Positions 48,081-56,032 of a DNA stretch of 56,032 nt are shown here, in pieces. Within the stretch, counting starts at the first letter, position 1, and the number at the start of each line of letters is the position of its first letter. Source of the stretch: a virus (lineage: Duplodnaviria > Caudoviricetes); IMG/VR virus record IMGVR_UViG_3300022696_000137, positions 1-56,032 of that record; one strand, given 5' to 3'. Below the pieces are notes generated by a model. It was not told where the DNA came from, searched no databases, and saw only the letters and a list, made by a program, of their open reading frames with translations. The translations under genes and the position numbers were made by a program.

Positions 48081-48883
48081 ATGGTATAATTTTTTATAAT
48101 ATTGGTTTTAAGATGTTAGTTAGATTATCGGTATCATTATATACCCTACGCCGTAATTATTCTGGTGATGTTACAGTAATTTGTGATGAGGATTCTTTTA
48201 ATAAGTGTAAAAAAATAACTGATTTATTTGATGTAAATATACTTAAAGTAAAAAATGATTTGACAGGTAAAAATATTCCTTTCCTTAATAAATGTCTTCT
48301 TCATAAATTTTCTCCTTATGATAATACTATTTTTCTTGATTGTGACACTTTAATTCTTAAAAATTTTGATGAATTATTTGACTATTTTAAAAATTATGAA
48401 TTTTTTACTACAAAATTTTCAAGTTGGACTATTAATAAAATAATATCTAAACGAATAAAAGCTTGGACTCCTTATTTTCCAAATTTAATTAAACCAGCAT
48501 TAAATTTTGGTTTTGCCATTAATACAGGAGTTTTTGGTTTTAGAAAAGATAGTAAATTAATGAATGATTGGTTTTCTTATGCTGTTAAAGGAAAGGATTT
48601 GTTTATTCCAGATGAAACGAGTTGTCAATTAATACTTCATAAATATAATCATAAACTTGTTAGTCATAATTATAATACGAGTTGTAAATTTGATAAAATA
48701 ACAGATGATACTCGTATAATTCATTTTCATGGAAGAAAACATTGTCGTATTCAAAATGGTGAATTTCTTTTTAATTCAAAACTTTGGTATAAGGAATTTG
48801 ATAAAATTAGTTTTTGGTCAAGTGTTGAAGATGTGTTTAAATATGATAGAATGTTAAAGAATAATATTGAAAAAAGGATTTGA
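48077..48883 (+). CDS. GT-A (GT8-like) glycosyltransferase
   Basis: SPYDNTIFLDCDT, INTGVF, DET, IIHFHG. Confidence 0.8.
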   Translation: MNGIIFYNIGFKMLVRLSVSLYTLRRNYSGDVTVICDEDSFNKCKKITDLFDVNILKVKNDLTGKNIPFLNKCLLHKFSPYDNTIFLDCDTLILKNFDELFDYFKNYEFFTTKFSSWTINKIISKRIKAWTPYFPNLIKPALNFGFAINTGVFGFRKDSKLMNDWFSYAVKGKDLFIPDETSCQLILHKYNHKLVSHNYNTSCKFDKITDDTRIIHFHGRKHCRIQNGEFLFNSKLWYKEFDKISFWSSVEDVFKYDRMLKNNIEKRI

Positions 48884-48885
48884 TA

Positions 48886-50289
48886 ATGAATTTTTCTATT
48901 GTTACTGGATGTACACCAGATTATTTAAAAAAATTAAAATGGACTCTCCCAACATGGAATAAAAAACCACAATTTAAAAATAAACCTCTAATAATTTTTT
49001 ATAGTGGATTAACAAAAAAACATTTTAAATTTGTAGATAAGTATTTTAAAAATGTTACTTTAGTTGATTGGAAAATGTCAAAAGCAGAAAATGTTAGAGA
49101 ATTAATGTTGTCTTCTTTTGTTTTGGGGTCTTTTCATGTAAATACAGAATATTTTATTAAACTTGATGCAGACACTTTTTTTACAAATGATAAAGATGTT
49201 TTTGATGAAGATGATTTTAAATACGATATTGTTTCTCATAGATGGTCATATACAAAGCCGGGTTGGTGGATTGATGTTCTGGAAAATTATTTTAATGGTA
49301 AAGAATCTTCCATAGTAAATAGAAATAATAATAATAGAAAAACAGAAAATAGAATACAAAGTATTTGTTGTTTACATAAAACTAATTTTGTAAAGTTTTT
49401 GGCAACAAAATTTAAGGATAAATTACCAGTTCCATCACATGATACTGTGGTTTGGTTTTTTGCTGATAGAATGAAAGAACATTCTTGGAAAGGAAAAAAT
49501 TTAAAACGGTTTGGTGTAAATCACAATTCAAATTTTAGGAAACTTAGAGAAGAAATATGTTCTAATTTTTTAACTTTTAAAAATGATTTTTTAATTGATT
49601 CTTTATTAAATAATATTCAATTGGAATTAACTTCTTATTGTCAATTAAAGTGTTTTAATTGTGATAGAAATTGTGGTGTTGTCAATAAACAAGAATATTT
49701 ACCAATTTCAAAGCTTTGGAATTTTGTTGAAGCCAGTATAATTAAAAAGAAAAAATGGAATAGGATTGATTTGATTGGTGGAGAACCAACTTATTATCCA
49801 CATTTTAAAGAGATGTTTGATATAATAAAGATTTATAAAAATAAATATCCTAAGACGGTTATTAGATTTAGTACTAATGGATTAGGAGAATTTGTAAAAA
49901 ATAAATTAAAAGAAATTCCAGATTGGGTTGTTATTAGAAATAGTAATAAAAAAAGTAAAAATAATAAATTTGATTCTTATAATTCTGCTCCTATTGACTT
50001 TGGTGAAAAATACCCCAAAGCATGTTCTATTCCTTGGAGGTGTGGAATTGCTCTGAATAAAAGAGGATATTTCCTTTGCGGTGCCGGTGCATCTGTTGAT
50101 AAGGTTTTTAATTTAAATTCTGCTATAAATTCGTTTGATTATCTTACAATTGAAAATCTTTTGGTTCAAATACCTAAATTGTGTAAATATTGTGGACATA
50201 GTAATTGTAAATCTAAAGAGTTGGTTTGTGTTCCTAAAATTAGTAAAAGTTGGAAAAAAGCTCTTTCAGAATTTAATAATGGGGGATGA
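48886..50289 (+). CDS. Glycosyltransferase-radical SAM fusion protein
   Basis: N-terminal KLDADT DxD domain; C-terminal CQLKCFNC, GGEP, STNG and a Cys-rich tail. Confidence 0.75.
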   Translation: MNFSIVTGCTPDYLKKLKWTLPTWNKKPQFKNKPLIIFYSGLTKKHFKFVDKYFKNVTLVDWKMSKAENVRELMLSSFVLGSFHVNTEYFIKLDADTFFTNDKDVFDEDDFKYDIVSHRWSYTKPGWWIDVLENYFNGKESSIVNRNNNNRKTENRIQSICCLHKTNFVKFLATKFKDKLPVPSHDTVVWFFADRMKEHSWKGKNLKRFGVNHNSNFRKLREEICSNFLTFKNDFLIDSLLNNIQLELTSYCQLKCFNCDRNCGVVNKQEYLPISKLWNFVEASIIKKKKWNRIDLIGGEPTYYPHFKEMFDIIKIYKNKYPKTVIRFSTNGLGEFVKNKLKEIPDWVVIRNSNKKSKNNKFDSYNSAPIDFGEKYPKACSIPWRCGIALNKRGYFLCGAGASVDKVFNLNSAINSFDYLTIENLLVQIPKLCKYCGHSNCKSKELVCVPKISKSWKKALSEFNNGG

Positions 50290-51033
50290 ATGAATATTGA
50301 ATTATTTTCTTCAGTTTATAATTTTCAAAAAAGATGGTGTTGGCATTTATCATCTTTGGTAGAACAAACACATAAAATTAAAATGAGATATAATGTAGCT
50401 TATGTTAAGAATAATGGGAATCCAAAAACTGAAGATGTTATGGATTATTTTAGAAAAAAATTTGGAATTGTGTTTAATCCAGTTAAATTTGAATCTAAAG
50501 AAGATATGCTCTATAGAGGACTTGTTAGAAATAAACAAATAAAAAAATCTAAAGGGTCTTGGTTCTTTTTTGTTGATTGTGATATAGTTTATTCAAAGAA
50601 TTTTTTTAAAGAGATGACTAAATATCTTAATGATAAAGTTGATAAAATTATATCCGCACCTCAATTTAGTTATACAAATATAGAAAATACACAAAAAGTT
50701 TTTTCAGAATTTTCAAATTTTTATATTCCTGATGTTTATGAAAAGTCTTTGTGTTTGGGTATTAATAAAACAAAATCTTTTAATATAGCTCCTGGAGGAA
50801 TGCAAATTGTAAGGAAACAATTGGTTATGGAAAAAGCTAATGGTAGATATGTGAATCCAAAACGTCATGGTGATAGGCCATTAGGAAATATAGGAACAAG
50901 AAGTGATATAAAATTTAGAAGAGCAATTGATGGAAGTTTTAAAGGATCAAAAATAATTAAACTTCCCACACAAATTCATTTGGAACATTATAGAAGTGTA
51001 GATGAAAAATTTAACCCAGAAGAACAAAAATGA
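50290..51033 (+). CDS. GT2-like glycosyltransferase
   Basis: RGLVRN, WFFFVDCDIV, GGMQ, RSD..F, HLEH. Confidence 0.75.
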   Translation: MNIELFSSVYNFQKRWCWHLSSLVEQTHKIKMRYNVAYVKNNGNPKTEDVMDYFRKKFGIVFNPVKFESKEDMLYRGLVRNKQIKKSKGSWFFFVDCDIVYSKNFFKEMTKYLNDKVDKIISAPQFSYTNIENTQKVFSEFSNFYIPDVYEKSLCLGINKTKSFNIAPGGMQIVRKQLVMEKANGRYVNPKRHGDRPLGNIGTRSDIKFRRAIDGSFKGSKIIKLPTQIHLEHYRSVDEKFNPEEQK

Positions 51034-51977
51034 ATAATAAAATACTTTATTTTTTAACAGAAGCAGATAAATTGGTGGCCGGGAAATATGTAAATCCTGT
51101 TACTTGTGAAATTGATTTGACTACGGTTTGTCAAAATAATTGTTATTTTTGTATTAATAAAGAGTCTAATAATGATAGTCATTCTATCTTAAATCTTAAT
51201 TTATTAAATAGATTATTGTCTGAATTAAAGATTATTGGTGTAAAATCTATAACGTTTACGGGGGGTGGTGAGCCTTTACTCCACCCCCATTTTGAAGAAT
51301 GTGTTAGACTTGTCAAGTCTTATGATTTTAAGCTTGGTTTGATTACAAATGGAGTTTTATTGAATAAATGTATTAATTTATCTTCATCTTTTGATTTTAT
51401 TAGAATTAGTTTATATGGTATAAACGAAATTACTTATGGGGAAAAAACAGGAAAACCGAAAAATTTTGGTTTAGTATATAAAAATGTAAAGGTTTTGGTA
51501 AATACTTTAAACCCTAAAACTAAACCTACAATTGGTTTTAGTTATGTTGTTCCAAAAGATGAACAAAATATAGCCGAAGCTAAACAATTTGCTAAAGAAT
51601 TAAAAGTAGATTATATTCAATTTAAACCTATTCTTGGGAATGGGGATGATGAAATTGAAGAAATTAATTTGGATGAAAAGTCTATGATAACTAATAGATT
51701 TACACCTAAAAATGATATGCCGTGTAAGTTGGCTGGGTTGATTGGAATTGTTAGCGCAGATGGAAATGTATATTATTGTTGCATGAAGAGAGGAGATGAT
51801 AAATATTTGTTAGGTAATTTAAAATATACTAATTTTTCAAAACTTTGGAAGAAGAGGTTAGAAATAGTTCCGGATTTTTTAAAATGTTCTTCTTGTAGAT
51901 ATATGAATTATGTAAAGGGTTTTGAAAATATAAAGGAATCTGATAAACATTTTCTTAAACATAAGGATTTTTTGTGA
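51030..51977 (+). CDS. Radical SAM protein with SPASM/twitch domain
   Basis: CQNNCYFC, GGGEP, ITNG, C...ADGNVYYCC...GNL...CSSC. Confidence 0.88.
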   Translation: MNNKILYFLTEADKLVAGKYVNPVTCEIDLTTVCQNNCYFCINKESNNDSHSILNLNLLNRLLSELKIIGVKSITFTGGGEPLLHPHFEECVRLVKSYDFKLGLITNGVLLNKCINLSSSFDFIRISLYGINEITYGEKTGKPKNFGLVYKNVKVLVNTLNPKTKPTIGFSYVVPKDEQNIAEAKQFAKELKVDYIQFKPILGNGDDEIEEINLDEKSMITNRFTPKNDMPCKLAGLIGIVSADGNVYYCCMKRGDDKYLLGNLKYTNFSKLWKKRLEIVPDFLKCSSCRYMNYVKGFENIKESDKHFLKHKDFL

Positions 51978-52624
51978 TTTTAAGGGGTAATTCAAGAAGA
52001 GTTTTGTTTGATCAATTAAAAGGGGATCCTTATTTTTTGAAAAGAATTCCTCAAGGTTTGGTTAATAATTTTATTGATATAGGGTCAAATGTTGGTTTTA
52101 TTTCAATGTTTATAAGATTTTTACACCCATATTCCAATATTCTTTCTGTGGAACCACATCCAGTTATTTATAATCAATTAAATGAAAATGTAAAAAATTT
52201 GAAGATTAATAGTTTAAATTGTGCTTTAGGTGACGGCTCGGATTTTTATTTGTTTTCAGAGAGAAAAATGGATTTGTGTAATCTTTTTTCTTCTGAAAAA
52301 AAGAATTCCAATCTTACTGTAAAAAGTATGACACTTAATAATATTTTTAAGTTTTCAAATTTTGATTTAGATGATGTGTATTTAAAAATTGATTGTGAGG
52401 GTGCTGAAACTATTTTGATGTATAATGAAGAATCAGAAAATATTTTAAGGAAATGTAAATTTGTTTCTATGGAATTACATAATAAAGATAAAAATAAAGG
52501 TACTATTGAAGAATTAATTGAGTGGTTTCAAAATTTATTAATGAAAACTCATACTATACATATTAAAAAGAATAGTGGTTTAGCAGCTAATGTTTTATCT
52601 ATAAGGAAAGATATTTATTTATGA
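51974..52624 (+). CDS. FkbM-family methyltransferase
   Basis: IDIGSNVG, VEP, ALG, LKIDCEGAE. Confidence 0.9.
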   Translation: MILRGNSRRVLFDQLKGDPYFLKRIPQGLVNNFIDIGSNVGFISMFIRFLHPYSNILSVEPHPVIYNQLNENVKNLKINSLNCALGDGSDFYLFSERKMDLCNLFSSEKKNSNLTVKSMTLNNIFKFSNFDLDDVYLKIDCEGAETILMYNEESENILRKCKFVSMELHNKDKNKGTIEELIEWFQNLLMKTHTIHIKKNSGLAANVLSIRKDIYL

Positions 52625-53181
52625 ACATAAATAGATTAATGCCTAAATTTATTCAAGCTATAGCTCAAGGATTAAAATATCATGATAAATTAGACACTTA
52701 TGTAGAGCTTGGTGTTTATAAAGGAAGAACATTTTCGAGAGTGGCTCCATTAACACAAAAAGCTTTTGCTGTAGATATTAGTGATAAATTTTTTGATAGA
52801 ATTTCGGGTATAGAAAATGCGGAATTAATTAATACTTCAACTACAATTTTTTTAAATGAAAGTATTAAATTAAAAAGAAAATTTGATTTAATTTTTATTG
52901 ATGCTAATCATAAATTTGAAAATAGTTTTTCGGATTTTTTATTATCTTTAAAAGTTATTAAAGATGGTGGAGTTATTATTCTTCATGATACATATCCAGC
53001 TTCTGATAAAATGATTTCTAAAAATGGTAATGTTAAGTGTGGAACTACTTGGAAAACTGCTTTAAAAATAAAAAATGAATTTTTGGATGAGTGTGAAATT
53101 GCTACACTCCCATTTTATCATGGTATAACAGTTGTAAGAAAAGTTTGTAGAAATGTTCAACTTGATTGGAAGGAGAATTGA
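52621..53181 (+). CDS. Class I SAM-dependent methyltransferase
   Basis: VELGVYKG, FDLIFIDANH, GGVIILHD. Confidence 0.88.
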   Translation: MNINRLMPKFIQAIAQGLKYHDKLDTYVELGVYKGRTFSRVAPLTQKAFAVDISDKFFDRISGIENAELINTSTTIFLNESIKLKRKFDLIFIDANHKFENSFSDFLLSLKVIKDGGVIILHDTYPASDKMISKNGNVKCGTTWKTALKIKNEFLDECEIATLPFYHGITVVRKVCRNVQLDWKEN

Positions 53182-53182
53182 A

Positions 53183-54118
53183 ATGATTAGGAAAAGCAAA
53201 ATTTGGGGAGAGACTCAGTTTTTATTTTCAAAAAATAATGTAGAAATACATAGAATTGAAATTAAAAGGGGTGGTTATTGTAGTAAACATTTTCATAATT
53301 TTAAGTTTAATATGTTTTTTGTTGAAACGGGTGTTCTTGATGTTAAAGTAAAAGAAAATGATTCTAATATAATAAATTCTACTATTCTTTATGGTGGTGA
53401 TATTACAACAGTCGAACCCAGAAAACTTCACATGTTTTTAGCTAAAGAAGATACAATAGCGTATGAAATTTATTGGGTTGAATTGAATGGTGAAGATATT
53501 GTTAGAGAATCCGTTGGTGGGATGCATAAATTTGAAGATGATAAATATACAGGTAGATATTTTAGGAGACGAATAAAAACTATAAATAAGCAAGAAGCTA
53601 ATTATGCTTATCAAATGAACTTTTTCTTTACACCTAAAATGGTTTATGATATTGGTTGTGGTTTAGGAGCTTATCTGGAACAATTTAAATGTTTAGGTTG
53701 TGAGGTTCTTGGATTTGATAAATATTTGGACCGGGCAAAGGCATATTGTTCACCTAATATTATTAATAACATAATTAAAGCAGATATTTTAAATGATAAT
53801 AAAATTGAAAAGAAATCAGATTTAACTTTGTGTATAGAATTAGGGGAACATATTACTCCATTAAAATCTGCTGATTTTGTTAGAAACATTTGTAATTTAT
53901 CAAATAAAGATATAGTTTTTGTTGCTGAGGGTCCCGGAAAGATTGGGAATGGTCATATAAATTGTAGAGAAAAAGAATATTGGGTTGCTTTATTTTCAAG
54001 TTTTGGTTTTCCAAGAAATAGAAAGAAAGAATTAGAGTTGAAGAATATTTTTGAATCCATTGGAGATGAACTTAATTTAAATAAAAATTTAATTTTATTT
54101 AGTAAAAGAGAGGTTTAA
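53183..54118 (+). CDS. Cupin plus SAM methyltransferase fusion
   Basis: CSKHFH..K...F.V..G.L and H.F cupin motifs; YDIGCGLG, CIELGEHI, GHINC. AGGAG SD before ATG 53183. Confidence 0.8.
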   Translation: MIRKSKIWGETQFLFSKNNVEIHRIEIKRGGYCSKHFHNFKFNMFFVETGVLDVKVKENDSNIINSTILYGGDITTVEPRKLHMFLAKEDTIAYEIYWVELNGEDIVRESVGGMHKFEDDKYTGRYFRRRIKTINKQEANYAYQMNFFFTPKMVYDIGCGLGAYLEQFKCLGCEVLGFDKYLDRAKAYCSPNIINNIIKADILNDNKIEKKSDLTLCIELGEHITPLKSADFVRNICNLSNKDIVFVAEGPGKIGNGHINCREKEYWVALFSSFGFPRNRKKELELKNIFESIGDELNLNKNLILFSKREV

Positions 54119-54119
54119 A

Positions 54120-54845
54120 ATGGCTGAGGTTGCATTAAAAATTAATGCCGGTTCTGGTTTTGATGATGGTGATTCTATTCAACTTTTTAATAATAGACGA
54201 ATTTTATCTGTAAATGCACAAAATATATGCTTTAAAGATATTAAATTTAATTTTCATGGATTAAGAGATGTTGATAGTTTAGTATATAAAATTCTGAATA
54301 GCTTTTTTCAATATAAATTTGAGAGAAAAAGTAAAGATATTATTGAACGGATTGAAATTGACTCTAATTTTTCGGAGTTTTTCGGTTCACCACAAATAAG
54401 TGTAGAAGAAGTTTTAAAAACAAAATTAAAGAAAAAGAATCATTTGGTTTTTGGTGTTCCAGGTAAAGAAATTTGGTTTGGTGGAAAATGGCTGGATAAT
54501 GAAAAAAATATTAATAATATTTGGGATGATATAGGAAATTATACGGGTAAAAAGAAAGAAGATTTTAAGAAATTTCCGTTTTCTGAACATGAAAGAAAAG
54601 TGCATTTTATTTCCTCTTTAGAAGAAGATGTAACAGATGAAGAGGTTCTTGAGTATCAAAACCCCGGGGTCAATGATAAAAAAGAAATAGTTTTTAAAAG
54701 ATGTTATAAAATTCCTTGGTTTGAATCTTTAAAAGTTTCTCCCAAAAATATTAAGCGTCTTAGAGATAAAAATAAATTTGTAGATTTGAGAGATGATTTT
54801 GGTTTTAATAAACAAGAATTTATTAATAAAATGAGATATAACTAA
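54120..54845 (+). CDS. Hypothetical protein
   Basis: ORF with GAGG SD, coupled (TAATG) to the next gene. Confidence 0.65.
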   Translation: MAEVALKINAGSGFDDGDSIQLFNNRRILSVNAQNICFKDIKFNFHGLRDVDSLVYKILNSFFQYKFERKSKDIIERIEIDSNFSEFFGSPQISVEEVLKTKLKKKNHLVFGVPGKEIWFGGKWLDNEKNINNIWDDIGNYTGKKKEDFKKFPFSEHERKVHFISSLEEDVTDEEVLEYQNPGVNDKKEIVFKRCYKIPWFESLKVSPKNIKRLRDKNKFVDLRDDFGFNKQEFINKMRYN

Positions 54846-56032
54846 TGGCTACAGTAACTAAAAGTATTGGTACAGATTCAAGAGATTATAGTACCATAAC
54901 ATTATGGGAAGCAGATTTAGATAATGGTTCTGTTTACAATTCTGGAGATGACGCTGTTGGTGAGTGTTATAATGATTCCGTTTTTGATGAAGAAATTAAT
55001 TTTAGTAATGGAACAACAGTTGGTTTAAATTCTATTAAGTTAACTGTTCCAGAAGCTGAAAGACACGACGGTACTGAAGGAACAGGTGCGAGAGTTGTGC
55101 CAACTTCTACATCCAATAATTCTATTTTAGATTTTGATAATAATACTATTCCTAAAACGGTTGAATGGTTAGAATTGGATTGTAATGGTCTTGATTATAA
55201 TTATGGTATTTATAATGGAAGTACATTTACTACAGAAATAATATTACGGAATTTAATTTTACATAATCTTAAAAATACAACTGGTTCTGGTAGTGTTTAT
55301 GGGGTGTATGCTAATAATAGAGCCGTTCAAATAATGAATTGTTTGATTTATGATATTTCCAACAATGAATTTACTGGTGGTGATATTTGGGGAATAAATA
55401 ATGATAATGATAGCTCTTTTGCCGCAGTATTAAATTGTACAGTTTGGTTATTGACGTCTGTACGATCTGACCAGTCCACGTTTGGAATAGAAGTTACAAA
55501 TAATGGAACTGGTTATGGTGTTCAAAATTGTTTAGTTACACAATTAAGTGGTACCGCGACGGAAAAACTTTGTATTGTTAGTGCGGCTAATCCAACTTAT
55601 GATTATAATGGTGTTTCTGATGATTCTGCACCAGGAGCAAATAGTTTACATAATTTAGTTGATACGGACCTTTTTGTTTCTACAGTTCTTGGGTCTGTAG
55701 ATTTACACTTAAAAGAATCGGCGTCTGTAAAAGGTCAAGGAGATGATTTAGGTACTACACCGACTAATGTTAATATAGATATTGATGGTTTTGATAGAGA
55801 TTCTGCTGGTGTTTCGTGGGATATGGGTGCCGATCAAACTGAAGGGGCGGATTCAAGTAGTTCTTCAGAATCAAGTGATAGTTCAAGTTCGGAATCAAGC
55901 TCTGATAGTTCAAGTTCCGAATCACAAGAAGAGAGTTCCCAAAGTTCTGAATCTTCAGAATCAAGCGAAAGTTCAAGCAGTTCTCAGTCTGAAGAACCTA
56001 TTTCTTGGGTGATTGTTTCTCAGTCTGGTGGT
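54845..56032 (+). CDS. Putative virion/tail protein with beta-helix-like domain and Ser-rich linker, partial
   Basis: Not in the ORF track because it has no stop. Hand translation is open from MATVTKSIG to the window end, with NC-containing repeats and DLHL...DIDG..R...WDMGADQ. Confidence 0.8.
   Translation, partial: MATVTKSIGTDSRDYSTITLWEADLDNGSVYNSGDDAVGECYNDSVFDEEINFSNGTTVGLNSIKLTVPEAERHDGTEGTGARVVPTSTSNNSILDFDNNTIPKTVEWLELDCNGLDYNYGIYNGSTFTTEIILRNLILHNLKNTTGSGSVYGVYANNRAVQIMNCLIYDISNNEFTGGDIWGINNDNDSSFAAVLNCTVWLLTSVRSDQSTFGIEVTNNGTGYGVQNCLVTQLSGTATEKLCIVSAANPTYDYNGVSDDSAPGANSLHNLVDTDLFVSTVLGSVDLHLKESASVKGQGDDLGTTPTNVNIDIDGFDRDSAGVSWDMGADQTEGADSSSSSESSDSSSSESSSDSSSSESQEESSQSSESSESSESSSSSQSEEPISWVIVSQSGG
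55853..55990 (+). repeat. Low-complexity Ser-rich coding tract
   Basis: SSSSSESSDSSSSESSSDSSSSESQEESSQSSESSESSESSSSSQS; 33 of 46 residues are Ser. Confidence 0.9.

Noticed and set aside
55770-56012. Short ORFs 55770..55976 (-) and 55782..56012 (+)
   Set aside because: They are alternative frames of the Ser-rich region of the long open frame starting at 54845.
1-56032. Stop-codon reassignment
   Set aside because: Core genes are full length in the standard code; the interruptions in recognisable genes coincide with homopolymer runs.

Overview
This is an AT-rich segment of a large T4-like (myovirus-type) phage genome read in the standard genetic code. I found no tRNA, rRNA or CRISPR array. Bases 1-42.6 kb are a minus-strand replication and nucleotide-metabolism region: two RNA ligases, dNMP kinase, ThyX, dUTPase, class III RNR NrdD/NrdG, clamp and clamp loader, RNase H, RuvC-like resolvase, primase, SSB, helicase, UvsX, family-B polymerase with an intein, gp46/47 and gp55. 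This region also holds a 7-deazaguanine DNA-modification cluster (queE, queD, HNH-folE fusion, bacterial-type dpdA with an inserted HTH, queC, two PRTases, a HAD enzyme and a radical SAM enzyme) and four free-standing homing endonuclease genes. From 42.7 kb the + strand carries hsp20, uvsY and uvsW, then a glycosyltransferase/radical SAM/methyltransferase cluster set among virion-like genes, ending in a partial beta-helix protein with a Ser-rich tract. Ten exact copies of TTGACAATTATA define a phage promoter class. Each homing endonuclease gene has a late-promoter box plus a structure that hides its ribosome-binding site. The best leads are the deazaguanine cluster, a probable split (or nearly split) polymerase intein and a candidate virion glycosylation system. 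Protein family calls are by motif recognition only; no database searches were run. Several homopolymer runs look mis-called, so frameshift-based claims need checking against reads.
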